Positions 12,244-22,949 of a DNA stretch of 64,000 bases are shown here, piece by piece. This DNA is from Naegleria gruberi (taxonomy: Eukaryota). The notes under the pieces were generated by a model. It saw nothing but the letters and a program-made list of their open reading frames with translations, did not search any database and was not told the DNA's origin. The stretch is from assembly GCA_000004985.1 (NCBI GenBank), contig GG738858.1; one strand, given 5' to 3'. Made by a program: the position numbers and the translations under genes. Every line of letters begins with the position of its first letter. Within the stretch, counting starts at the first letter, position 1.

Positions 12244-14190
12244 TTAGTTCTTTGTTGGAATATTTCTTGCGAATACTGCATATTGTCCATAGACATTAGT
12301 TTTAGTACTATAATGTGGAATATAGAAAGATCTAATGAAAGCTGGAGATTGATTAGTGTCCAAGAATGGAGCACTAGAAATAACTCTCCACTTATCTGAC
12401 TTGGAGTATGTTTCTTCTTGTTGATCTGGAATTTCAAAATCTACAATATAATGACATTTGCTTTCAGGAATATATCTGTCCATTTCTTCACGATTTTCAT
12501 CATTCATAGTTGTTGGAATAGAAGATGTTGGCTCAACCTCTGCAAAATATTTTGGAAGTAAACCAGAGAATCCTGACTTTAAAAATCTAATTCTTACATC
12601 GAACTTATTTGATGATGGTAAAAAGAATGAGGATGGGAATCTATACCATTCCTTACCAACACAAACATTAACTGGAATATTGGTCTTATTCATTGGAGCT
12701 GATTTTTCAAGTGTTAAAAGTTCTGCATGGAGATCAGCATAAACCTTGAGAGGTGCTTGGAAATTTCTAACATTAGCAATTGATCTTGAGAGACCAAGAA
12801 CTACAATGGCAATTACAATGAGAATGGCCAAAAGTAAAGAAATAGTTGATCTTTTAACACCAACAGCACCCATCTTGTGGTCATCAATACGTTGGAGAGG
12901 TTCATCATTGTAATCACGGAGAACTGCAAGTGTAACATCAGCAGCACCACCCTTGAAAATAAGCATGTCAATAATTCTCAAAAACATTTCAATTGTAATT
13001 GATGAAGCCAAACAAATGATTGGGTAAATGACATACATGAATCTTTCTTCCTTGTGTGGCAATGAAGAGAAGAAAGTGAACCAAATGTAAAATGGAGAAA
13101 TGAAAATAATAGATCTATAGTGAATGTACCATCTTTGAGGAGCTCCTAAATAAGCAGTTTGTAATTTAGATGGAAGAGATGAATGCCAACTGTTGGTAAT
13201 AAAATAGTGCAAAAGAGCAATAATTGGTGTAGCTAAAGCAAAGAGGAAAGCAACATTGAAATTCAAAATCAAATTCTTAAAGTAAAAATTCCAAGGTTCA
13301 ACTCCAAACCTTTCACTTCCTTCACCCTTATTGTACAAAACAAGATTGAGTGGAGTAAAGAATAATCTCTTATAATAGTAGAAGTCAACAGCAATGGTAG
13401 CAGCAATAATTACAACACTGATTTGAATAGCAAACTTTAAAGTTCTCCAAAATCCAAATTTGTGAATAGTATCAATAGCAACTGGTAATCCACAAACAAC
13501 ACTGAATGGCCATCCAATAATTACTGAAGATCCAATAAACAAAACACAGAAGAAATATTTAACATATCTTTCACCATCTGTTGTAGCAAGAGAGTACCAA
13601 CTTCCGAAAGCAAACATAATCATATACATTGAGAATGTAGATGGTAAATAGGAAGCTGATGAAATGAAAATACCAGGAGATGCCAACATGGTGACAATTG
13701 TCAACAATGTAATTCTACTTCCGAATCTTTCATAAATTCCCTTTGTGAAAATAGTTTGAGAAAAGGCACAAACAAATGCAAGTCCAATACGAATAGCATA
13801 AAAAACATCAATTGAAGAAGTAAATCCTAACAACATTGCAATTTTTCCTAAAGCTGCATGTCCTAAAATATAAATATATGAACGGAGAGCAAATACTGGA
13901 CTAAATTCCCAAGTTTGCAATCCCTTTCCAAATAATATTAAATGTGTAGGTTCCCAATAATTAAAAGTTTCATCACAATCACTGATCGGCATTAAATAAG
14001 CTGCTAATAAATCAGTCAACAAGTAACAAAAGAAAATATAATTTAAAGCCTTCAAAGGTAATCTATATTCATCGACAGCACTTTCCGTCAGAGAAACATT
14101 TGGTGTTGGTCTCAAGTGAATACCACCAGCATTGGCATTCAAAGTAGGAGCAGATGAGGTTTTGGCGCTTCCTGATGATTTCTTGCCCAT
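12244..14190 (-). CDS. ALG9: ALG9 alpha-1,2-mannosyltransferase (GT22 family), single exon, 648 aa
   Basis: PISDCDETFNYWEPTH, VNVCVGKEWYRFPSSF and KCHY blocks match human/yeast ALG9 almost residue for residue; multipass TM profile. Confidence 0.9.
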   Translation of the reverse strand: MGKKSSGSAKTSSAPTLNANAGGIHLRPTPNVSLTESAVDEYRLPLKALNYIFFCYLLTDLLAAYLMPISDCDETFNYWEPTHLILFGKGLQTWEFSPVFALRSYIYILGHAALGKIAMLLGFTSSIDVFYAIRIGLAFVCAFSQTIFTKGIYERFGSRITLLTIVTMLASPGIFISSASYLPSTFSMYMIMFAFGSWYSLATTDGERYVKYFFCVLFIGSSVIIGWPFSVVCGLPVAIDTIHKFGFWRTLKFAIQISVVIIAATIAVDFYYYKRLFFTPLNLVLYNKGEGSERFGVEPWNFYFKNLILNFNVAFLFALATPIIALLHYFITNSWHSSLPSKLQTAYLGAPQRWYIHYRSIIFISPFYIWFTFFSSLPHKEERFMYVIYPIICLASSITIEMFLRIIDMLIFKGGAADVTLAVLRDYNDEPLQRIDDHKMGAVGVKRSTISLLLAILIVIAIVVLGLSRSIANVRNFQAPLKVYADLHAELLTLEKSAPMNKTNIPVNVCVGKEWYRFPSSFFLPSSNKFDVRIRFLKSGFSGLLPKYFAEVEPTSSIPTTMNDENREEMDRYIPESKCHYIVDFEIPDQQEETYSKSDKWRVISSAPFLDTNQSPAFIRSFYIPHYSTKTNVYGQYAVFARNIPTKN

Positions 14191-14590
14191 TTTTTTAATT
14201 TAACTATTTAAATTCAGTTCCTTGTCTATGCAGTGCGTTTATTTGTACAGACGAGAAAATTGTTCTTATTAGGTTTAAGAAAATACATAAAATATTTATT
14301 AAGTTACCCAATGGAACAGAAGAATATTGAGGTAATATAAATTGTAACAGTTCAACATTAAGTGTGCACATCATTAACAATTATAGAAAATTACAATAGT
14401 TACGCATCTGATGATGCTTTTGCGTTTCAGTCGAGCTGCGAACTAAGTGTTGTACTACACTTGCTGAGTTGGAGTGAAGGTTGATTCAATCAATGCAAAT
14501 TCATTCTTCAATAATTTCCCTCCAAAATTTACTCCCTTAACCGACCTTTCTTAGAAACAAACAAACGTTAAGTTTTAAAATATAAAAAAA

Positions 14591-15772
14591 ATGTATAGAG
14601 CAGAGCCTTCTCAAAATCATCTCTGTACCCGTGCAGTCAGAGAGAGGAGTTATAAAAAGCATAGGGATGCTTTAGCAACAATTAAACCTTCTATTGATAA
14701 TTCTTCTCCGAAGTCCTTCCCTCACTTGAAATCCAATTTGAAGAAGAAGCAATTGGAAAAGGGTACGTAATTTTAATAATTTACAGTGAGCGTTATTAAC
14801 AAGCATTGTTCATTATTTACAGAGAGAGGTGATCAAATAGGTAAAGACAATAGAATTCTTGTAGATAAGATGACAGAAATAATGGGAAAACACTACCTAG
14901 ACAATAAGAATAATAATCTCAAGTTTGTCGGTAGTCTTAATTCCGATAAACGAAGGAGGGATCTTAAAAAGATTACAGAGGAAAACTCTGCAATCCTTAA
15001 AAGAATTCAAACCAAACAACCTGTATACAACCATTTGAAGTGGGAACAAGAATGGAACAAATCCAGAAAGTGGATGAACGATAAAACAACTGCACTTCAA
15101 CCAATCAATCAAGGAGCTTACTATCCAATAAATACATCTGTAAGGAGGTCAAAGTCATTTGATGAGGACGATTTTAGTGATGAGGAACCAGAAACAGTTG
15201 AAGTTTATGAAGGTAATAACCAACAATTTGAAGAAGATTTCAATCCAAACGAGGACTTTGTTGACCAACCAAATGAAGGAGAACAAAGTAATTTAGAGAA
15301 AGAACCTGAAGAAACCAATCCTGCAGAAACTGAAGATTCTCAAGAATACGAAGCTTCTTTGGCCACTTTTGATTATGCAGACGAATCAAAGGTGGACTTG
15401 AATGAAACTATCGAGGAAACAAAACAAGAATCAAAACAAGAAACTACCACCACTACAGAAACCACTACTACTACCACAACAACTACAACCACCACAACCG
15501 AGGAAGTTAAAACTGAACGAATCTCTGGAAAGTATAAGGAAAAGTCTGGAAAGATTTGGGCTGTCACATCTTCCACTGCTTCAACATTTGAGTTGTTAAA
15601 TGAACAGGACGGAAGAAAGGCTGATGGTAAATATACTAAGGATTCCTCAGGAAATTATTCCATCACTTTTACTTTCCATGACCCTAGTGGTGACTCTATT
15701 TTGAACTCTGTAACATCAAACCTTAAAACTATTCCACTCAGTAATGAAGACGCCTTCACAAAAGAAGAATAA
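14591..15772 (+). CDS. CFAP97 (hemingway/KIAA1430) domain protein; exons 14591..14762 and 14823..15772
   Basis: Splicing (GTACGT donor, phase 1) gives ..FPHLKSNLKKKQLEK|ERGDQIGKDNRILVDKMTEIMGK, matching the CFAP97 consensus HL..K.KK.QLE.ER....RDNRILLEKM..IM. The acidic C-terminal half carries a 17-residue poly-Thr tract. Confidence 0.6.
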
Positions 15773-16189
15773 AGAGAAATTACAGTGGTTCCTATGTAAT
15801 GGTATCTATGGAAAGTTAATTTAATCAGGTCGTAGAACAGATTCTTAAATGCCTTATTTTACATCTGTTTTAAACCATCACAACCTGAAAAAAGATAATG
15901 TATTGGAGTGTATCCAACAAGTCCTAAACAGCCGTTATCGTGCTCAGTCAATTAGTCCACAACATTAGAAAGGTAATTTGTCTTGTTCTTTTTTTCTCAA
16001 GTCAATTACCATTTTCTTGGTGTTGAAAAATGATCAGTTGTGAGTCAATTTTTCCCTAATGATACCTAACCTTGTCCACATCATTCAATTTTTGCTGTGT
16101 TCCCACATAAAAGTGTGCTTAACATTTCTGTAATTTTGCCTTTTCGTTTGACAGCCACTAGAAAAAACGTAATCATAATATTAAAAAAT

Positions 16190-17698
16190 ATGTCACTTGC
16201 CAACCGAGAGAAAAGCAAAAGCTTTAATGTAGGTGACTACATGATAGTTTATGAAGAAGTGATGAAAAACAATCTCGCGAGGGAATGTTTCAGAGATTAT
16301 CTTCAAAATGTGGCATGTAGTGATGAGTCCATTCTTTTTCTAGACGAATACGAAAGATACAAACAGGAATATTCTCGTGTATTCGATATGATACTAAACC
16401 AACCTAATCTATCCGAAATTGACCATCACTGTGGAGAAATATACGATATGGCTGAAGGTTTAATGTACAAATTTATAAAACCAGAAAGTGAAAAGGAATT
16501 AAACGTAGGAAAACCCAAGATTGATTTATGGAAACGATGGAAAGATGAAATTTCATCATGTTCAATTCTAGAGTTTGAATCTTTTCACAAAGTTTTTCAT
16601 GATTTGGATCCAAATTTATTATTTCACGATATTGTAACAAGTGTCAACTTGGATTTACGAATTGATCAATTTCCAAGATTTTCACGATCTCCACAAATTT
16701 ACACTCTATTAGAAAAACAAGGAGAAACATTTACTAGAGCTATAGCTGTTGATATTTCACGAGGTTATCATGTGGATTTTAGATTTAAACCAAAAGATTT
16801 GGTAACTAATTTGATTTTTGATAGAGATTTGTATTTTGCATTTTCATTGATGGAAGATTCGCCTGATTGGCAAACTATTGAAAATAGCAAAAAGACACAA
16901 GCTCAATTTTACTATTCGAAAACACCCTATGTATTCGAAGATCAGAAACATAAGGGAATGCACATGTGTAAGGTGGTGTGTAATTTTGATTATCCCCTTG
17001 AAGATGTTTGGAAAGTTCTGAGACATGTCATTTCATTGGACGAACCTGGACGAACAGTTTCGAATATTAGACAACTAGGCTATATACCACCAAATTCTGA
17101 AAGAAAACCTCAAATGAATGTTGACGAATCAGCAGATCCATCAGAATACAATACACTAGGCCTCACCTTCTCAACATGTGAATTAGATTTCAAAGTTCCT
17201 GGCATGAAGAAGAGAGATATTCCACACACTCATACCACAATCTACGACCAAGCACTGCAGGGCTACGTGAACGTTGGACACACATCTTTCTTCAATGGAT
17301 ACGAAACACCAAAAGATTGTGTCCATGCAGATCTCTTCATTTTTTACTATGTCTGTAAGATTAGTCCATATCGTACTCGTTTCACACACATTGTATATTC
17401 TGATGGACATTTACCTGCAGCCATCAACAAGATTGTAACAATAACCATGTGGAAAAAGAGAGCTCTCTATTTTGAAAAGATATTTAACAAGATACTGAAA
17501 GATTTCACAGATAATGGATCAAGATTAATACGAGAGGGAGAATTGACTGATTGTTTTGGCCTTGATAAAAGTGCAAGAGATAATTTACAGGCATTCCCTA
17601 ATAGATCTTGGTATGAAGAGTATTTAAAGATGTTGCATACGAAAAATCCAAGTCCACGACTGAGTACCACATCCTCTTCAAAGTCATCAACTAAATAA
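16190..17698 (+). CDS. RGS-like domain protein (N-terminal RGS-like helix bundle, followed by a possible START/Bet-v1-like lipid-binding fold), single exon from ATG 16190
   Basis: VGDYMIVYEEVMKNNLARECFRDYLQNVACSDESILFLDEYERYKQEY resembles the RGS N-terminal half; ORF 16097..17698 has its first ATG at 16190 in an A-rich context. Function is tentative. Confidence 0.45.
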   Translation: MSLANREKSKSFNVGDYMIVYEEVMKNNLARECFRDYLQNVACSDESILFLDEYERYKQEYSRVFDMILNQPNLSEIDHHCGEIYDMAEGLMYKFIKPESEKELNVGKPKIDLWKRWKDEISSCSILEFESFHKVFHDLDPNLLFHDIVTSVNLDLRIDQFPRFSRSPQIYTLLEKQGETFTRAIAVDISRGYHVDFRFKPKDLVTNLIFDRDLYFAFSLMEDSPDWQTIENSKKTQAQFYYSKTPYVFEDQKHKGMHMCKVVCNFDYPLEDVWKVLRHVISLDEPGRTVSNIRQLGYIPPNSERKPQMNVDESADPSEYNTLGLTFSTCELDFKVPGMKKRDIPHTHTTIYDQALQGYVNVGHTSFFNGYETPKDCVHADLFIFYYVCKISPYRTRFTHIVYSDGHLPAAINKIVTITMWKKRALYFEKIFNKILKDFTDNGSRLIREGELTDCFGLDKSARDNLQAFPNRSWYEEYLKMLHTKNPSPRLSTTSSSKSSTK

Positions 17699-18015
17699 TG
17701 TATTCGAAAGTTCATTATCACTGAAACGACGTATCTTTCACTTGCGAGAAAAAGGAAGTACTTTCTAACTGGAAATCAATTCCATCCAAAACTATTTCTT
17801 TAATACTTTACAATGTAATTTCATAGTAAACGAATATTTCACTCATGACACTGAACTGAACTGAACGACTAATAGTTACTCAATACTTTCTGATGCATTT
17901 TTACTTCACCAATTCAATGCATTGTTTCAAAGTTAGCAATATTCGCATATCCAATCGCAAACGCCTGTCAATGTCATCAGAGCAACATGCCAAAATTTAA
18001 TTGTCAACACAAAAA

Positions 18016-19972
18016 ATGTTCAAAACATTGCAATCAGGTAAGTCTCGACTGAATTGTTTATATTGATGATGTTTTAATTATTTATCATCATCATTAGCTC
18101 CCGAATCCGAATCAGCCTCTGACTCTTTGAATGACACAGTTTCACCCTATTCTGCTCCTTCCTATAGAATTACAATAACAGGTAAATAATAGTAATATTT
18201 AAATAGTATTTACAATAAATAGTTGTGGAGGGAAAAGGATTTACTGGTGATAGAGATGGTAAGTAATAGTAATAATAATATTTTTTTTTAATAATACTAT
18301 ATTTAATACTATTTACAATAATAATATTTAATACAATTTAATGTATGCGTCGAAAATGATGAATAATATTGCCAATAACACTAATAGCATTTTGTAAATT
18401 ATGTGTAAATTCACCTAATTGTTGTATTCAAAAAACTAAAAGTAGAAAAACAGCAACACCACAATGGAATCAAGAATTTACATTTGAACCACTGTTTCGT
18501 AATTCACCAATGATTATTACATTGTGGAATAATAACTTGTTGTCAAAATCAGAATTTCTTGGATGTGTCCGATTGATTCCAATGAGAATAATTAGAGAAG
18601 ATGTTCTATTTGATGATTGGTTTGAATTGGAACCACTCAATACTCCTAGATATAGAAATACACCAATTATTAAAGGAGGAAAAATTAGATTACAAATTAA
18701 ATGGGAAAGATTGATTCAAAAAATTGAAACAGCTCACTATGGATTTGATGAACCAATTGAAAATTCACGAATTATTAGAGATACATCTGGAAAGGGTATT
18801 CATTTGCGTTTTAAAAATTTAGATACTTCAGATATTGAAAGTGCAGAAGGTGTTAATGGAAGGAGTAGATCTGCATACTTTTCTGGTTTCAATTACTTGG
18901 AAAGTAGTTATAATCCAACTAGAAATTTAACAGAATTTACAATTAGTTTTTGGTTTAAATGTCCTTCAATAGAGAAGGATTTTTCCATGTTGAGTACAAT
19001 TACAAGTAACAAGACACTCATCTTACAAGAATATAACAATAATAATATTCATCAACTTTCAACAGAATCAGCTGCATCACATTTAGAGAAATTATACACA
19101 TCCAATGAATCATCAAGTCCAGTTATTACATTATCTGCTCAACCAATCACATCAAACACTCATTATTTACCATCTCCAAGAGGAGGAAATCCAAATCCAT
19201 TTTCATTGAGTGTTGGTGGTCTGAGTGATGAGAAGAAGATTAGGAGATTGAGCTTGAATTCATTAGCTGCTTTGAATACAAGCTTCAGTTTAAAGAGAGG
19301 ATCGTAAGTATTTAAATTATAATTTCCAATAATAACAATTTCAGTAATTCTAAACAAGCTAAAAAGGATTTAACTGATGAGAGTATAATTTCAAAGAGTG
19401 GTTTCAGTTTAGGTACCAAAAAGATTGAATTTTATGATTGTAGAGGTCAATCTCTTGTTACTGAATTTAAATTGAAACAAAAGTCAACTCCAAATATGAC
19501 TCCTTCACTTGTACCAGAATTACAAACTCCTACTAACTCTACTGCAGATCCAAGAGTTGACTATGAAGCAATTTTTGCTGATATTCTTTCATTAATTAGT
19601 GATAGTGAAGAGTGTTATCTGACTTCAGATGCCAGTCGAAGCAGTTTAAGTTTGAGAATATATGATGAACCAGAGGAAACAAGTGAAAGCTTCCCTCGAG
19701 AAGAACTCTTTGACAAGGATGCTTGGAATCATGTTGCCTACGTCTACTCTGGTGATAGATTAAGAGAGTACATCAATAATATCCTTGTAGAGGATCAAAA
19801 ATGTGATTTTAGAATTCTTGGTTGTGGTTTGAATAGACTCTATGTTGGTGCTTCAAATGATGAATATTGTTTTGAAGGTTTCAAAGGTTTTCTTGATGAA
19901 ATCTCAATTCACAACTATGCAATGAATAAGAGTGAAATTTCCAAATTGTACAAATTCAAAGATATACAATAA
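18016..19972 (+). CDS. C2 domain + concanavalin-A-like (LamG_3) lectin domain protein. Five exons: 18016..18037, 18098..18181, 18223..18258, 18388..19303, 19345..19972
   Basis: Spliced N-terminus ...RITITVVEGKGFTGDRDGAFCKLCVNS...TATPQWNQEFTFE is C2-like. LamG_3 motifs FTISFWFK and W.HVAYVYSGDRLREYINN..FKGFLDEISIHNYAMNKSEISKLY. All introns are GT..AG with consistent phases. Confidence 0.6.
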
Positions 19973-19973
19973 A

Positions 19974-21248
19974 TCATTTGGTCCTTTTTGTAATATTTGG
20001 CAATCTTTCTAATGAATGTACTATTGGAAATGCACTGCTTGTGTTTGTGCTTTCTTTTCTCCCAGTGAGAGGATGTACATTCCTCGATCGATTAGGATTT
20101 AAAACATATTCTTTCAGATCCTTAAAATCCTTAACATCCTTCAAATCTTTAACTGCTATACTATCTTTCACTTGACTATCTTTTAATTCTTTCTGATCCT
20201 TCTTCTCCTTTAAATTATATGAATTGAATACGCTCCTTTTTCCTTGAAGAGTATCTGTGGAACTAGCCTTCTTCCTATCCTTTTTAATGGTTGATAAGGT
20301 TTCAGTAGTTTCTGGTAATTGTCTCTTCAAGTTGGATATTTCTTGTTTGATTTCTCTGAGTTCTCTCGGAGTGACAACTCTAGCTCCATTATACAAATGC
20401 AAACTCTCAATTACCTTATCCTTTTCATCACTAACCCTTGTCAAGACTTCAATAAGGGAGTCCTTTCTTTGAAGCTCTTGTTCCAGTAGGGAAAGCTTCT
20501 CCTCGTAAGTTGTTCGGAGTGAGGTTATTTCATCTTGACGAGCCTCCTCTAGTCTCTTCATATTCTTTAGAAGGTGTTCTAAATTCCTCAGATAATTATA
20601 TTTATCATTCCTTGATATGTATGTTTGATTATTATCCTGTTGAAGAAGAAATAATTGTAAATTCCTAACGACTGTTTCCGACAAGGATGTTGTTGAGAGA
20701 GTCCTCAAATCACCTTGAATAGCCTCAATTGATTTTCTAATTTGTTGCAATTCCTCACCCTCTCCTCCTCTAGCATTCGTAATACTACTATGATTTATAT
20801 TATTATTATAATTTAATAGGGCAGATGATGATGGATCATAAACATGAATTGGTGAGAGAATATTAATATTAATCGGCGTTTCTGCTCTGTCCACTTCTTC
20901 AATGCCCGTTGTTTTTGGTGAATTATTCTGACTAGCTAGTGTTGTTTCTACTATATTTCCTTCATCCTTGTTGCTTGAATGATTCTCCTCTTCTACAATT
21001 TCCGTTGAAGTCATCCTATTCGTTTTTGCTGTTGTTGTTGTTGTTAAAATATAACGCTCGCTTATTGAATAATCGCTTAAACAGTCTTTGATGGCAGTTG
21101 AAAAGGCAGTTGAGTGGTGTTGTGCTTTTAAGGAAAATTGAAAGGTTTTGTTCGTTGGGATGTTCAACAAGAATTTTTCTCTGAGCTTTTCGAAAATATC
21201 AATGGCTTGTTGTTTTGAACTGCCATAGAACAACAAAAAAAATGTCAC
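19974..21248 (-). CDS. Coiled-coil protein (hypothetical); 5' end unresolved
   Basis: 424-aa ORF whose 'M' codon is GTG; long heptad coiled coil (EHLLKNMKRLEEARQDEITSLRTTYEEKLSLLEQELQRKDSLIEVLTR); a possible ATG further in, or an upstream intron. Confidence 0.45.
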   Translation of the reverse strand: MTFFLLFYGSSKQQAIDIFEKLREKFLLNIPTNKTFQFSLKAQHHSTAFSTAIKDCLSDYSISERYILTTTTTAKTNRMTSTEIVEEENHSSNKDEGNIVETTLASQNNSPKTTGIEEVDRAETPININILSPIHVYDPSSSALLNYNNNINHSSITNARGGEGEELQQIRKSIEAIQGDLRTLSTTSLSETVVRNLQLFLLQQDNNQTYISRNDKYNYLRNLEHLLKNMKRLEEARQDEITSLRTTYEEKLSLLEQELQRKDSLIEVLTRVSDEKDKVIESLHLYNGARVVTPRELREIKQEISNLKRQLPETTETLSTIKKDRKKASSTDTLQGKRSVFNSYNLKEKKDQKELKDSQVKDSIAVKDLKDVKDFKDLKEYVLNPNRSRNVHPLTGRKESTNTSSAFPIVHSLERLPNITKRTK

Positions 21249-22467
21249 TAATTCTTGGGTTAAATGATGACATGTACAGAGTAATATTTAGTTTTTTAGA
21301 AATTGATTTCATTCAAGAATGCATGCGTCTTGTACATACATCATTTAATATTCTCATCATTGAAGATGAAACAATACAACAACAATATTTATTGAAGAAA
21401 GTTCACAAGATGAGCCAAGATCCCGACAAGACACAATCAAATGTTCACTATAGAACTCCACTATATAATAGGTACCAGATGGAGTCCTTCTATTCTCCCT
21501 ATTTTAGAGTGGAAAAAGATTATCACCAAGCATTTCAAAGATTAAAGAGAGAATTTCATAGGAAAATGGAGGAAACTGAGGAGCAGAGAAGAAGTTTGGC
21601 ATCAAATCGTTATTTAACAAAGAAGGATATTTATCATCACTATGAGGAGATTAAATCAACTGTTAATGAAACTCACTTTGAACTATTGAGGGAAAATATT
21701 AGCAAAGAGGATAATGATGGAAAGCCAGTTCTAAAGTTGGTATGTTTGAATATTCTAATTTGAAAGAGTTTTATAATTTCAAAAAGATAATTAATGGAGA
21801 TGGAGGAGCAGGGAAAACATCTCTGCTTCAATATTTGGGATATGGACAAATGTTTGAATATTTCACTGCCCTTGACGCTTGCATTTCTTACTCTATTAAA
21901 TCGAATAACTCTGAAAAACAAGAGGTTATTAGTAAGTTTGAAATAATTGACACTGCAGGTAAGTAGAGTGTAGGTAAACTCTAAAATTAAACAAAAATAG
22001 GGCAGGAAGAGTAAGTACTCTAATTATTGAGCTCTTGAGTTCGTTTTTCAACAAACAGCTATGACAGAGTGAGACCACTAATTTACCCCGATACTCATAT
22101 ATTTTGTCTTTGTTTTAGTATTGTAATGCTTAGTAGTTTTGAAAATATTCAGTATAAATGGATTCCAGAAATTAAGCATCACATGCCAGACACTCCAATA
22201 ATGTTAATGGGTTGTAAAATTGATTTAAGGAAAAATCCTCTATCCTTAAAACAAATGAAATTCAGAAATTTCTCCAAACCTATCAGTTTTGAAGAAGGAG
22301 AATTAATGGCTCGTTCTTCTGGATGCTGTACCTATGTTGAATCCTCTGCACTCACTGGAGAAGGAAACATGACTGACTTTGCAGAAATTGCTTTCAAAAC
22401 TCTGATTTATTATAGAAATAAATCATTGTTATTTCCTGGAAGAGAGAAGAAATGCGAATTGATGTAA
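21242..22467 (+). CDS. Rho-family small GTPase with a ~170-aa N-terminal extension containing an F-box-like motif. Exons 21242..~21741, ~21800..21958, 22001..22010 (10-nt micro-exon), 22059..22467. C-terminal CAAX is CELM
   Basis: Spliced product ..IINGDGGAGKTSLL...IIDTAG|Q E|DYDRVRPLIYPDTHIFCLCFSIV..MGCKIDLR.. The middle exon GGCAGGAAGA supplies G-Q-E of the DTAGQE switch-II motif. N-terminal DDMYRVIFSFLEIDFIQECMRLV is F-box-like. The first acceptor (21799/21800) is less certain. Confidence 0.7.
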
Positions 22468-22949
22468 AGATCATTGACACCTTCTTTGTAAATTTTGTTT
22501 GTTTTTGTGTAACTTGTTAAATAAAACCTAATTATTTATTGGAAGCCTAATTAAACTTATGATAAAGCTGCAAACATTTTACCAAATGATACTCTTCACC
22601 CTAATTAAGCAATCCAATTCAAATGATTGAATATCTCTGCAACATTGCATAGAGAAATTATATTAGAATCAGTTAAAAAGCATGGATTTGCACTCCAATA
22701 TGTCTCTAGAATATTATAGAGAAATTGTGCTGGAAGCAGTTTCCGGAATTCATTTGCAATTATATTAGCCTCTGACGAATTACAAGTTGATCAAATGAAA
22801 TCAACATCACTTCCACTCGGACGAATCACACGTTTTCCCATAAGTACTGCTTTCAATGGATACTCATTCCTATGTGCTAGGTGAATTGAAACATTCCTCC
22901 ACAACCATGTGAATACTAAGGACATACCATTTACTCACTGATGGATAAC

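Noticed and set aside
12237-12437. ORF 12237..12437 (minus strand) and ORF 12190..12399 (plus strand) at the BUD13/ALG9 junction
   Set aside because: They are alternative-frame read-throughs of the ALG9 C-terminus and BUD13 3' end, and are fully explained by those genes.
21242-21248. Apparent head-to-head overlap of the Rho gene ATG (21242) and the 19974..21248 ORF start
   Set aside because: The minus-strand ORF begins at a GTG, not ATG. Its real start is probably internal or in an upstream exon, so the overlap is likely an artefact of ORF extension.
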